The notes beneath the pieces were generated by a model. That model worked only from the letters and a program-made list of their open reading frames with translations. It did no database searches and was not told where the DNA came from. DNA of 63,843 bases from Candidatus Omnitrophota bacterium (GTDB lineage: Bacteria; Omnitrophota; Gorgyraeia; Gygaellales; Profunditerraquicolaceae). Shown piece by piece: positions 1-9,889 of this stretch. Position numbers and translations under genes: made by a program. The number at the start of each line of letters is the position of its first letter. Positions within the stretch are counted from its first letter, which is position 1. The stretch is taken from contig JAOAET010000017.1 of assembly GCA_026416665.1 (NCBI GenBank), positions 1 through 63,843 of the forward strand, read 5' to 3'.

Positions 1-963
1 AAGTAACTTCCTTAACTGCCTTATCCGCGTCATACCAACAGCCGCTTGCTTTAACGTCCCTTGATACCTCCTCTGCTCCTTCAATAACCTCTCTTCTGCT
101 TTCCTCTGTAATCCTATGTACACATACGGCCCACCTGTCGCTAGTATCCCCATTACTGCCATCGGCACTATCCACCAGTTACTACCTAACCACCCCTCTA
201 ATACCCCCTTAAAAAATGGCGTTACCCCAAAAGGTATACCTAATACTATTGCGTAAACAAACAAAAATAACCCCGTCCGCGTGATAGCTACTCGCACATC
301 CATAAGACGATATTTAATAATGATATGAGCCATCAGACTACAATATACTACTAAAAGAAAAGGATCTATAGGAAGCGTAGAAATATTAAAAACAAGTAGA
401 AAATATAAACTTCCAGATGTAATCATTACCATATACGCAAGTAAAAGATATCTAATTTTATTCCTCTCCAACCCTTTGGCTTTTTTATAACTTGTAAAAA
501 TAAGATAGAAACCATAAACCACATAAAAATTAAACCAGATAAAGAAAATGTACCAAACTACATTGGGAACTCCTATAAATCTAAAGTGATATTTCCTAAT
601 GACATCTATAACAAAAAATCTCCTTAAAGAAGGGATGAAGTTAAATAATTGGAAAAAAATTGCAGTTCCATAAGATAACGGTAATTCAAACTTTTTTGGC
701 TTACGTCCAAGAAAGTAAAAAAGAAAGTGAATATACACAACCGGCGTAAAAATACACCCAAGGTAAATAATTTTGTCCCAAAAAAGTGCTTCCTGCGGCA
801 CATGAACAACACTCTCTCCAAAACATCCTAATACCCAAGTTGAAAGAATTAAACAATAAGTAAAGAAAATTTTATTCAGGAACTTTTTTGGATTTTTAAA
901 CAGAACAATAGTCCCTATCCCTATATTTGCGACTACAGAGAATAGCGCTGGAAGAGAATACAT
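1..963 (-). CDS. 7TM sensor protein, N-terminal part (HisKA_7TM-like membrane module plus coiled linker); 3' end runs off the window
   Basis: My own minus-strand translation from ATG at 963 stays open to position 1 (MYSLPALFSVVANIGIGTIVLF...ITRTGLFLFVYAIVLGIPFGVTPFFKG...RKAEERLLKEQRRYQGTLKQAA). It is absent from the ORF track because it has no stop in the window. Paralog of 2353..3126. Confidence 0.7.
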   Translation of the reverse strand, partial: MYSLPALFSVVANIGIGTIVLFKNPKKFLNKIFFTYCLILSTWVLGCFGESVVHVPQEALFWDKIIYLGCIFTPVVYIHFLFYFLGRKPKKFELPLSYGTAIFFQLFNFIPSLRRFFVIDVIRKYHFRFIGVPNVVWYIFFIWFNFYVVYGFYLIFTSYKKAKGLERNKIRYLLLAYMVMITSGSLYFLLVFNISTLPIDPFLLVVYCSLMAHIIIKYRLMDVRVAITRTGLFLFVYAIVLGIPFGVTPFFKGVLEGWLGSNWWIVPMAVMGILATGGPYVYIGLQRKAEERLLKEQRRYQGTLKQAAVGMTRIRQLRKLL

Positions 964-964
964 A

Positions 965-2362
965 TTAAGAACCATTTTCTCTCATAATCCTTTCTGCTGT
1001 CCGCCGTGCTGTCTCAATTGCCCAAGGGATCCCCCCTTGACTATATCCCGTTACCCAATGTCCAGTAAAATATATATTATTTATTTTAACACGATTTGCG
1101 ATGGAAAATTTTATTTGTGCTGGAGTAGGTGCCCAACCATGTAATGCGCCACGATAATTATTAGTAAATTTATATAAGGTATGCGGTGTAGCTGTCTCTA
1201 TAAACAAAGCTTCCTTCTCAATGTTAATACCAGTTGCCTTTTTAACGATTTTTAATATTTCTTCTTTATATATACTTCGCACTTTCTCCCATTGCACTTT
1301 AGAAGCAAACTGAGCACTGCTGATACAATACGCTCCAAAATAATCTTCTTTCTTTGGCATAAATCCAACCATAATTACACTGTTGTCATATAAAGCCTTT
1401 TTATCCAAACCCGCAAAAAGAGAAGCAAAATTTTCTTCAGTATTGAAGTTGCTAACTATCCATAAAGCATTTGTTTCTTCTATCTTGTTCCTGACTCTAT
1501 TCGGTAATATAAAATAGATAATAAATACCGAAAGAGTAGTTTTTAATTTCTCTAGGTCATTTTCTAAATTTTTATCTGGGAGGTTTCGAACCATATCGAA
1601 ATGATCTGCTGCCACAATAAACCTTTCCGCAAAGAATTCTTCTCCATTTGCCAGTCGCACTCCCTTTGCCTTATTGTTTTCTATTATAAAATTTATAACC
1701 TGTGCTTTTAATCTTAATACCCCCCCATTTTTCTTAAATTGTTTTTGTAAAATAGACGGAAATTTATCTATTCCCTCAGGGAAATAATAACCGTTGTCTG
1801 TTAAATACTGTTTCAGAAAAATAGTATAATTAACCGGAGAAAGATATTGCATAGGTGTGGCGATATTTCTGGCAAGAATACAAAGAATTTCTCTTAAATT
1901 ATCATCTCTAAAAAAATGCTGAATTAATTCCTTCGCACTTTTAAAACTATTCAAATCTATTACTTTTCTCCAATCAGCAGAAAGCAGACTCTCTAGTTTC
2001 TCTATCTCATCTTTGTCAATGCCTATTTGCCTAAAAAACTCTTTTGTACGAACAAACTCACTGTATATCTTAACTTCTTGCTGCGGTAAAATAATAATAT
2101 CTGTCACCTCCCTTCTGGCTACTTCTATCTTTAATTCTAGTTCTTCTATCAACCTATTTATATGTGACCGATATCCCTCTATTGTATGAATACCAGATTC
2201 TAATTTATATCCTTTTCGTATAAAAGAACAACAGCACCCTCCGACATAATGATTTTTTTCACAAATCAAAACTTTTAGGCCAATCTTAGCAAGAAGATTT
2301 CCGCATACCAATCCTGCAATACCACCGCCTATAATTATAATATCAAATTTATTCACTCCCAT
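965..2362 (-). CDS. FAD/NAD(P)-binding oxidoreductase, phytoene desaturase (CrtI/CrtD)-like
   Basis: N-terminal dinucleotide-binding motif DIIIIGGGIAGLVCGNLLAKIGLKVLICEK..VGG; 465 aa length typical of the CrtI family. Confidence 0.65.
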   Translation of the reverse strand: MGVNKFDIIIIGGGIAGLVCGNLLAKIGLKVLICEKNHYVGGCCCSFIRKGYKLESGIHTIEGYRSHINRLIEELELKIEVARREVTDIIILPQQEVKIYSEFVRTKEFFRQIGIDKDEIEKLESLLSADWRKVIDLNSFKSAKELIQHFFRDDNLREILCILARNIATPMQYLSPVNYTIFLKQYLTDNGYYFPEGIDKFPSILQKQFKKNGGVLRLKAQVINFIIENNKAKGVRLANGEEFFAERFIVAADHFDMVRNLPDKNLENDLEKLKTTLSVFIIYFILPNRVRNKIEETNALWIVSNFNTEENFASLFAGLDKKALYDNSVIMVGFMPKKEDYFGAYCISSAQFASKVQWEKVRSIYKEEILKIVKKATGINIEKEALFIETATPHTLYKFTNNYRGALHGWAPTPAQIKFSIANRVKINNIYFTGHWVTGYSQGGIPWAIETARRTAERIMRENGS

Positions 2363-3126
2363 TTTATACCACTCAATGACGTTACCCCAAAAGGTATACC
2401 TAATACTATTGCGTAAACAAACAAAAATAACCCCGTCCGCGTAATAGCTACCCTAATATCTAACAATTGATACTTTAATATCGCATAAGTAACAATAATA
2501 CAATAAAGCGGAATAGTAAAGTTGCCTATAGGGTAAAACGGTACCCCAAAAGTTGGGAAAAAATTAGTAATCCCACCTAAAAAACCTACACCCGTTCCCA
2601 CAAATAAATAAAGAAGTTGATTTTTTCTAAAGCCTGTTGATTGGCGATAATTCAAGAAAAGATAAATATGTCCCAGAATAATGAAGAAACACCATAAAAT
2701 AAAAAAAAGAGGAATAACCATTCCCTTTGCTCGATCGAAATAAAACTCGTTAAATATTAATGTTACCTGTGCAGGATTGACAAAATAATCAGTAGTGTTT
2801 AATAAAAAGAAAAATATCCCCTGCGCATAACAAAATATAAGCAGATTCCGATAGGACAATTTGCATAGCAAATATACAAAATGGAAGAAAAAAACCGCAA
2901 TAAAAATCACCCCCGCATGAGCAACTCTTAACCAAAACAACACAAAACTATGAGAAAACCCTTTTGATAAAAAAAACGAACTGAATCCCCACAAAGCAAC
3001 GGACAAGTTAAAAAATGCCCATATATAGTGAATTCGTGTCCTTGCTGCTCTCAGAGTAAAACAAACTAAGATAAAACAGATTACGCTTAGCAGTAACCCG
3101 GATAAAGAAAAAAGATTTGTGTTCAT
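2353..3126 (-). CDS. 7TM membrane protein (sensor N-terminal 7TM module only, no output domain)
   Basis: 257 aa, multiple hydrophobic helices. C-terminus RVAITRTGLFLFVYAIVLGIPFGVT is shared with the 1..963 gene through an identical 62-nt block. Stop overlaps the start of 965..2362. Confidence 0.6.
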   Translation of the reverse strand: MNTNLFSLSGLLLSVICFILVCFTLRAARTRIHYIWAFFNLSVALWGFSSFFLSKGFSHSFVLFWLRVAHAGVIFIAVFFFHFVYLLCKLSYRNLLIFCYAQGIFFFLLNTTDYFVNPAQVTLIFNEFYFDRAKGMVIPLFFILWCFFIILGHIYLFLNYRQSTGFRKNQLLYLFVGTGVGFLGGITNFFPTFGVPFYPIGNFTIPLYCIIVTYAILKYQLLDIRVAITRTGLFLFVYAIVLGIPFGVTSLSGIKWE

Positions 3127-3719
3127 TTAATAATCTTGACTTTTTCTTGCACCAATTTCCTTGGTGTTCGTTTTACTTCTTCCTCTGACATTGGTATACC
3201 GAGCGTTAAAATAGCCACTAAAGAATTTTCTGTATGCAAAATCTTCTTTATTTCTTTTTCACAGAAAAGTGGTAATGTATTCCAACAACAGGCAAGTCCT
3301 AAAGAAGAAGCTGTCAAAACCATATTTTGTATAGCTGCTGATATAGCCTGTATTTCTGTTTGCTCAGCAATACCAATAAAATGTTGTTTAATCTTAAAAA
3401 TTCTTTTAGCACTTTCTCTAAAGGTATGTTGATTAAAAATTCCTATAATAGCCGGTGAATTGTTGATTGTTTTTGCTGTAACTAACATCATGCGGTCTAT
3501 ACTGTGTCCAATTTTTTTTGCTTTATTGGCGATAACCCTTCCTACTCTTTTTATTATTTTAGGATTAGAAACAATTATAAACTCCCATGGTTGAAACCCA
3601 TGTACCGATGAACTCCATATTCCTGCTTCAATAATTTGCTGCAACTTTTTTGAAGGAATTTTTTCCTTTTTATATTCACGAACTGTTAAACGATTTTTAA
3701 TTAAATTCAATATCTCCAT
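3123..3719 (-). CDS. nitroreductase family protein
   Basis: N-terminus MEILNLIKNRLTVREYKKEKIP and the SSSVHGFQPWEFIIV motif are typical of the nitroreductase fold. Confidence 0.7.
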   Translation of the reverse strand: MEILNLIKNRLTVREYKKEKIPSKKLQQIIEAGIWSSSVHGFQPWEFIIVSNPKIIKRVGRVIANKAKKIGHSIDRMMLVTAKTINNSPAIIGIFNQHTFRESAKRIFKIKQHFIGIAEQTEIQAISAAIQNMVLTASSLGLACCWNTLPLFCEKEIKKILHTENSLVAILTLGIPMSEEEVKRTPRKLVQEKVKIIK

Positions 3720-3944
3720 TTATATCCCCCTCAAGACAAAAATTTTTCAATAATTAATTGTGCTCCCTCTTGCTTAAAATCCATTTTGGAAACCGTTACT
3801 CATTTTGCACAGTATAAAATAAAAAGATGCTGTACACAGAACCCTTTTCAATAACAAAAAATTAAGTTTTCTTCAGAATTTTTTGCCCACTATATTTGCC
3901 AGTGGAAGTTCTTTCTTTTATTAAATCAAGCACCGTCATATTAC

Positions 3945-4634
3945 TTAAAATTCCAAACACTTCCTTATCATCTCTAATGGCTCTTTTGCCTCTAAGATAG
4001 GTCTGCCAACCACAATATAATCTGCACCCTCTTTAAATGCCTCTTCGGCTGTGGCTATACGTTTTTGGTCACCTGCAGGACATCCCGATGGTCTAATACC
4101 AGGTGTTATAATAAGAAGTTTTCTCCCACAGGCGTTCCGCACCAGTTGTACTTCTTTGACTGAACAGACAATCCCATCAAGTCCGCATTCTAAAGCAAGT
4201 TTTGCTCGTTTAACCACAATATCTTTTGTGTATTTTTCTTCACTATGGCTTGTTAATACAGTTACTGCTAAAAGTATTGGAGGGGTTTTTCCTAAATGTT
4301 GTGCTTCTTCTTTTGCTGCTTTACTTGCTGTACAAAGCATCTGATCTCCACCTTGCGCATGCAACGTTAACATAAAAACATCTAACCTTACTGCCTGACG
4401 AACCGCCTCTGCTACGGTGTTTGGAATATCATGAAATTTTAAGTCAAGAAAAACTTTATAACCTAAACGCTGTGCATAACGAACAATCTCTGGTCCATAA
4501 GCCGTAAAAAGTACAGGCCCGATTTTTACTATCTTAACCGACCCCGCAAGGATACGCATAAATTTTTGTGCTTCTTTCTTATTAGAAACATCTAAAGCCA
4601 AAATTAATTTATCTTGTCTGTCTACTTTCTTCAT
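3945..4634 (-). CDS. pyrF: orotidine 5'-phosphate decarboxylase
   Basis: LILALDV...DLKFHDIPNTV...ITPGIRP motifs. Confidence 0.9.
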   Translation of the reverse strand: MKKVDRQDKLILALDVSNKKEAQKFMRILAGSVKIVKIGPVLFTAYGPEIVRYAQRLGYKVFLDLKFHDIPNTVAEAVRQAVRLDVFMLTLHAQGGDQMLCTASKAAKEEAQHLGKTPPILLAVTVLTSHSEEKYTKDIVVKRAKLALECGLDGIVCSVKEVQLVRNACGRKLLIITPGIRPSGCPAGDQKRIATAEEAFKEGADYIVVGRPILEAKEPLEMIRKCLEF

Positions 4635-4680
4635 TGTTTCTAAACCTTCTCTTTGAGATTAAAACATACTTAATCTTTTA

Positions 4681-5613
4681 TCAACACATAATTGCTCCTC
4701 TTAGACGTTCTAAGGAAGTTATTCTGTGTCTTATCATATATCCACAAATACCCCGAAGAATTTCTGAACAAACATTTGGATTTATGAAATTGGCTGTGCC
4801 AACACTTATTGCCGAAGCCCCAGCAAGAATAAATTCCAAGGCGCTATCAGCATCCATAATGCCACCCATACCAATAATAGGAATACGCACCTTTTTATAC
4901 GTCTCCCAAACCATACGTACAGCAATAGGTCTTATAGCTGGACCACTTAATCCACCTATTACCATCGCCAGTTTAGGACGCCGTTTTTCTACATCAACAG
5001 CCATAGCAGTTATTGTGTTTACTAAAGATACACCATCGCTACCCGCTTCTTCAGCAGCCAGAGCAATTTCTGTAATATCAGTTACATTGGGTGACAGTTT
5101 TGTAATAATAGGTTTGGTTGTTACTTTCTTTACTGCCTTGACTACTAAAGCAGTAGCCTTTGCATCTTGGGCAATTAGTTTTACATTACTTTTTTTTGTG
5201 CAATGTCTGACATTTGGACAAGAGATATTCAGTTCTATCGCCGCAACTAATCTTTCTTTATCTAACTTCTCTGCTAACTCTACAAATTCAGATATCTCAT
5301 CTTGTGCAGCAATACTTACTATCAAAGGAACTTTCAACTTCTGAAAATAAGGTAACTTCTCTTGGATGAATACTTTTATACCAGGATTTTCTAACCCTAT
5401 AGAATTAAGTAAACCTGCTGGGGTTTCACAGGTGCGCGGGGGTCTATTTCCTTGACGAGGGAAAAGTGTAATTGTCTTGGTAACAATTCCCCCTAAAATA
5501 TTAAGGTCTAGGAAATCTACAAACTCTTGGGCATAGCCAAACGTCCCTGAGCTAACCAATAAAGGATTTTTAAGTTTTAATGTACCGATTACAACAGAAA
5601 GATTCGGTGTCAT
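4681..5613 (-). CDS. pyrD: dihydroorotate dehydrogenase, class 1B catalytic subunit
   Basis: GLKNPLLVSSGTFG...NSIGLENPG...ELNISCPN...GGL SGPAIRPIA motifs; a pyrK partner lies nearby. Confidence 0.9.
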   Translation of the reverse strand: MTPNLSVVIGTLKLKNPLLVSSGTFGYAQEFVDFLDLNILGGIVTKTITLFPRQGNRPPRTCETPAGLLNSIGLENPGIKVFIQEKLPYFQKLKVPLIVSIAAQDEISEFVELAEKLDKERLVAAIELNISCPNVRHCTKKSNVKLIAQDAKATALVVKAVKKVTTKPIITKLSPNVTDITEIALAAEEAGSDGVSLVNTITAMAVDVEKRRPKLAMVIGGLSGPAIRPIAVRMVWETYKKVRIPIIGMGGIMDADSALEFILAGASAISVGTANFINPNVCSEILRGICGYMIRHRITSLERLRGAIMC

Positions 5614-5972
5614 GAGTTCGTAAATATCATCCGCATTGCTACTAATAGTAAAAATACACCAAATGCGCGTTTGAGCAAAATATCAGAAATGGGCTGGATT
5701 AGGTGGGCACCCAGTAAACCACCGAAGAAAAAACCCAGACAAATAAATGCTGCAATATCTAATCTGACATGTCCAGCGTAATAGTAGCGAAGCGCTGCTA
5801 ATAATCCTATTGGAGGAACCATAATTGCAAGTGTTGTCCCTTGTGCCTGATGCTGACTCATACCCAGCAGATATACCAGTGCGGGTATAAGAATTGTTCC
5901 TCCACCTATACCAAACATGCCGCTTGCCAGACCCGCCAAAACTCCCAATACAACATAACCCGCTACTGCCAT
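5610..5972 (-). CDS. half-size TauE/SafE (TSUP) family membrane protein
   Basis: 120 aa, 4 predicted TM helices, GxGGG motif (GMFGIGGGTILIPAL). Confidence 0.55.
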   Translation of the reverse strand: MAVAGYVVLGVLAGLASGMFGIGGGTILIPALVYLLGMSQHQAQGTTLAIMVPPIGLLAALRYYYAGHVRLDIAAFICLGFFFGGLLGAHLIQPISDILLKRAFGVFLLLVAMRMIFTNS

Positions 5973-5984
5973 TTTGACTCCTTT

Positions 5985-7133
5985 CTAGAAACTTGGTTCA
6001 ATACAAAGAATTTTTTCCTTCTTAAAATCTTTCAATCCGCCTTGGATAAAACTAAGATTAGTTAAATATTTTAATTTACACCATGTCCAAAATGCAGATT
6101 TTGGCTCCATATCAAAGTTCCAACGCACATATTGATAAGCAAACTTAAAAGTCAATGCTATAAGGACTGCGGTAACCACCCACGCAAATGCAGTTTTTGC
6201 TACTAAACTTACGATTAAACTAACTAATGTTGCCAAAGCAAAAATATGCATAAGATGAAAATTTCCTATATAAATAAACCCTTTAATGGGAAAGGGTATA
6301 TTTAAGGCAGGTGCCCCTTTTAAGTTTTGGAATACAATTTGAAGCACATTGCGTTTGACATATTTTTTAATAAGAGGAATGTGTGCCTGTCCATAACTGA
6401 CCCAAACTTTGCGTAGTGCTTTCAGGTCTGCCCTATGCATATGGTCAACTTTGGCTAAAGGAGCAAAATAAAACTTCCAACCGCGACTTCTGTGCTGGTA
6501 ACTTAAATCCATATCTTCTCCTGTAGGTAAATCCCAAAATCGCGCACCAATCTCTTTCATTGCCGAACGACGATAAGCCACATTACAGGTGCCAAAGAAA
6601 TAACCTCTGTGGCCTACTATGTCCACTGGCAAAGGTTCTTTTGGAAAATCTGGATAGTATCCTTCTTTGATAAAACCGTAACGGGGGGACACCATATTGA
6701 ATCTAAAGTGTTGACACCACGCCTCAACCAGATTATTAGGGTCAACTTTTAAAGTATAAACCTCTCCACCTACTGCAGCAATTTTGGGGTCACGCTCAAA
6801 GTGTTTAAGCATTTCTTTAATCCAGTTTTTATCTGGTGCACAGTCGCCATCAGTAAAAAATAAAAATTCACCCTTGGCTACTTCTAAGGCTTTATTGCGG
6901 GCAAAACCAGGCGAGGGACAATTAGGGACTTCTACTAATTTTATAAAGGGATATTTTTTCTGCCATTCTTTAATTATCGGAATGGTCTTATCCGTTGACC
7001 CTCCGTCAACAATTATCCATTCCCATTTGTCATGGGGATAGTCAACATTAAGTAAATACTCAAATGATTTCTCAATGGTGCGCTCAAAATTTTTAACGGG
7101 TATAATAATAGACACAAACGGCGTAAATGCCAT
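5985..7133 (-). CDS. glycosyltransferase family 2 with C-terminal TM helices
   Basis: VSIIIPVKNFERTIE...VDGGSTDKT...FTDGDC motifs (GT-A fold, DxD-like). Confidence 0.8.
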   Translation of the reverse strand: MAFTPFVSIIIPVKNFERTIEKSFEYLLNVDYPHDKWEWIIVDGGSTDKTIPIIKEWQKKYPFIKLVEVPNCPSPGFARNKALEVAKGEFLFFTDGDCAPDKNWIKEMLKHFERDPKIAAVGGEVYTLKVDPNNLVEAWCQHFRFNMVSPRYGFIKEGYYPDFPKEPLPVDIVGHRGYFFGTCNVAYRRSAMKEIGARFWDLPTGEDMDLSYQHRSRGWKFYFAPLAKVDHMHRADLKALRKVWVSYGQAHIPLIKKYVKRNVLQIVFQNLKGAPALNIPFPIKGFIYIGNFHLMHIFALATLVSLIVSLVAKTAFAWVVTAVLIALTFKFAYQYVRWNFDMEPKSAFWTWCKLKYLTNLSFIQGGLKDFKKEKILCIEPSF

Positions 7134-7160
7134 AAAGGCCTCCTTTTGTTTTATTAATTT

Positions 7161-7952
7161 TTATTCAGCAAGACCTTCTTCTGTCAATTCTTTTATAGCA
7201 AAAACCGGCCCTTCTTTACAAACCCGTTTATAACCCGTTAAAGTTTGCACCACACAACCACAACAAGCACCAATTCCACAAGCCATATGTGTTTCAAGAG
7301 AAACCTGGCCGGGTATGTTATATTTTTTACTTAACATAATTGTTTGCTTAAGCATTGGACGGGGACCACAAGCATATAAAAATGCTTTCTTGCGCAGTAA
7401 AGTGTCTTTAGCAAGCAGTTCTTCCAAGAGTTCAGTAACACGTCCGTAGAATCCACGCGAACCGTCATTGGTAGATATTTTAACACGAAACCCTGTGGCC
7501 TTAAACTCTTTTTCACAAAGAATGCGTTCTTTCTTTTGCGCTCCCAGAATCGCTAACCCTTTTCTATTGCGTAAGTTTTGTGCCAGAAAAACTAAAGGCG
7601 CAACTCCAATTCCACCTGCTACTAATAAAGGAACATAAGACAAATCACAGAGAGAAAACCCTGTGCCTAGTGGACCAAGGAGGCTTAATCTTTGACCTGC
7701 CTTCATCTTAGCCAGTATTTCTGTAGCTTTGCCTCGCACTTCATAAAGCAACTCAACTGTTTTTCCTTTTACCTGGTGTATGCTAAAAGGACGGCGAAGT
7801 AAAGGACCTTGGTCAGAATCCACTTTTAACATTACAAATTGGCCACTACTAGCCCTATGTGCAAGTTCTGAGACACTAAGTTTTAATTTCCAGTAAGGCC
7901 CTACAATATGGGTGTTTTTAAGAATTTTGGCTATCTCCAGATATTGCTTCAT
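7161..7952 (-). CDS. pyrK: dihydroorotate dehydrogenase electron transfer subunit
   Basis: RRPFS FAD-binding motif and C-terminal 2Fe-2S motif CGIGACCGC...C. Confidence 0.85.
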   Translation of the reverse strand: MKQYLEIAKILKNTHIVGPYWKLKLSVSELAHRASSGQFVMLKVDSDQGPLLRRPFSIHQVKGKTVELLYEVRGKATEILAKMKAGQRLSLLGPLGTGFSLCDLSYVPLLVAGGIGVAPLVFLAQNLRNRKGLAILGAQKKERILCEKEFKATGFRVKISTNDGSRGFYGRVTELLEELLAKDTLLRKKAFLYACGPRPMLKQTIMLSKKYNIPGQVSLETHMACGIGACCGCVVQTLTGYKRVCKEGPVFAIKELTEEGLAE

Positions 7953-8619
7953 ATTTTTTAGTTAACCAAGCTAAAAAAACTAAATAAAAAATTAATAGTG
8001 CTATAAAAATAAATCCCTCTTGGATATTAAAAAGAGTATTTGCATACATATAGTCTTCAGTAAATTCGATAAATAGCACTAACATCAATACAGCAACGAT
8101 ACTTAAAGTCTCGCTTTTAAACCACCTCCATCTAAGCGGAAGGTATTTGGGTAGATTTTTATTAAACAAAAAAGACCTCTGCGGTATTAATAGCGGGGTT
8201 TGTCTTTGATAAGTAAGATATTTTTGACCAAATTTTTGGATAAGATATGTCTCTTCTCTTCTAAAAAGAAAGGCATAGCGCAAAATAAAAATTCCTAAAA
8301 ATAGCAAAAAAATCCAGATGTGACAAACCATCAATACCACACCCAAACCAATAAGAATAATTCCCAAATACATAGGATGACGCACCAAGGCGTAAGGACC
8401 ACCAGTAACAAGCCTTGTTCCGTTCTCAGAGTTTTCTGCTTTATAACCACGAGCACTAACACGAAGAATTTGTCCTAACAAAATAAAAACTAAACCCACT
8501 ATCTCTAATAGTTCATCTAGAAAACTCTGTTTATTACGCAAGAATAAGCTAGGCAAAATAGCAACAATAATTAATGAAAAAGCAATAAAAATAGCATTTA
8601 TTTTAATTCTTCCTTTCAT
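7918..8619 (-). CDS. ICMT/PEMT-like membrane methyltransferase family protein
   Basis: LVTGGPYALVRHPMYLGIIL motif within a polytopic membrane protein. Confidence 0.6.
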   Translation of the reverse strand: MKGRIKINAIFIAFSLIIVAILPSLFLRNKQSFLDELLEIVGLVFILLGQILRVSARGYKAENSENGTRLVTGGPYALVRHPMYLGIILIGLGVVLMVCHIWIFLLFLGIFILRYAFLFRREETYLIQKFGQKYLTYQRQTPLLIPQRSFLFNKNLPKYLPLRWRWFKSETLSIVAVLMLVLFIEFTEDYMYANTLFNIQEGFIFIALLIFYLVFLAWLTKKYEAISGDSQNS

Positions 8620-9420
8620 TTATTGTTGACAGCGGGGACAAAAATAAGTGCCTCTACCTCCGACAGTAATGCGTTTAATGGCGGTTTTACAAACCACACA
8701 AGGTTGATTTGCTCGGTCGTAAACTTTGTGATACCGTACGTAATCTCCAGGTCTGCCTGAAAGTCGCACATACTGGTCAACAGAAGAGCCGTGATATTTT
8801 ATTGCCTCACGAATAACTTCCCGCATCGCATCAAATAATTTTTCTTTTTCTTTCTCAGTTAAACTCTGTGCTGAACGTTTAGGATGTATACCTGCCCTAA
8901 ATAAAATCTCTGCCGCATAAAGGTTACCAATACCTGAGATAAAACTCTGGTCCATTAGAAGTGGCTTTATCTGGGTCTTCTTTTCTTCAAGCATCTTTTT
9001 GAAGTCCTCTTTGGTAATATCTTGTGGTTCAGGACCTAATTGTTTAATAAAAGGAAACTTCTGCCAGTCATCTACTAAATGTAACTCTGCAAAAAGCCGT
9101 GCATCATTAAAATCTAAAGCAGTTTTATCAGCGAAACAAAAGGTAACTCGGCTTTTTTTACCGTCTCCAGGATAAATAAGTTGTCCTGTCATCTTAAGAT
9201 GAATAACCAGAAATTTATTATTGGAAAGGGCAATTACCAAAACCTTTGCCCGACGTAAAACTTCTTTAATCACTGCATTTATTAAGCCTGCCTTGAATTT
9301 TTCCGCAGGAGGTTGTCGTATTACTTTAGGATTGTTGATAATTACATTTACAATTCTTTTACCTACCACTGTCTCGGATAACTCTCTTCTTATCGTCTCT
9401 ACTTCTGGTAATTCAGGCAT
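8620..9420 (-). CDS. mutM: formamidopyrimidine-DNA glycosylase
   Basis: MPELPEVETIRREL N-terminus and C-terminal zinc finger CxxC...CPRCQ. Confidence 0.9.
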   Translation of the reverse strand: MPELPEVETIRRELSETVVGKRIVNVIINNPKVIRQPPAEKFKAGLINAVIKEVLRRAKVLVIALSNNKFLVIHLKMTGQLIYPGDGKKSRVTFCFADKTALDFNDARLFAELHLVDDWQKFPFIKQLGPEPQDITKEDFKKMLEEKKTQIKPLLMDQSFISGIGNLYAAEILFRAGIHPKRSAQSLTEKEKEKLFDAMREVIREAIKYHGSSVDQYVRLSGRPGDYVRYHKVYDRANQPCVVCKTAIKRITVGGRGTYFCPRCQQ

Positions 9421-9447
9421 AGATTTTTTCCTTTTGACTATTTAATT

Positions 9448-9846
9448 TCATGTTTCTTTTATTACCTTTACCCAAACCTGGCGTCTACGGGGACCATCGG
9501 ATTCACAAAAAAATATACCTTGCCAGGTGCCCAGCATAAGTTTTGCCTCTTCTATAATAACTGAAATAGACGAACCAAAAAGCGAAGATTTAATGTGGCT
9601 GTCGGCATTTCCTTCTTGGTGTTGATAATCTGCTTTTTGAGGAACAATTAAACTAAGCGTCTTAATAATATCACGCTTAACAGAGGGGTCAGCATTCTCG
9701 TTAATGGTAAGACCCGCTGTAGTATGTGGACAGAAAATAACGCAGATACCTGTTTGCACTTTGGATTTTGCTACTACTTTTTCTACTAAGGCAGTGATAT
9801 CTACTAATTCTATACGGCTATGCGTGTTAATCTCTATCTGTTCCAT
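9448..9846 (-). CDS. yjbQ: YjbQ/UPF0047 family (secondary thiamine-phosphate synthase) protein
   Basis: HTTAGLTINENADPSV...GNADSHIKSSL...TWQGIFFCE motifs. Confidence 0.8.
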   Translation of the reverse strand: MEQIEINTHSRIELVDITALVEKVVAKSKVQTGICVIFCPHTTAGLTINENADPSVKRDIIKTLSLIVPQKADYQHQEGNADSHIKSSLFGSSISVIIEEAKLMLGTWQGIFFCESDGPRRRQVWVKVIKET

Positions 9847-9889
9847 TTACCAATTTTTACTAACCAACAGCCTGTAAAGGCCTCTGAGA

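Noticed and set aside
624-821. 65-aa minus-strand ORF from the track.
   Set aside because: It is out of frame inside the longer open reading frame 963..1, which encodes a coherent 7TM protein paralogous to 2353..3126.
4634-5344. 236-aa plus-strand ORF antisense to pyrD. Similar long antisense ORFs occur at 18653..19156, 23212..23667, 24025..24492, 42787..43314 and 53344..53796.
   Set aside because: They lie entirely within well-supported genes on the opposite strand, have low-complexity or hydrophobic composition, and show no motifs or RBS. They are shadow ORFs, which are typical of long genes.
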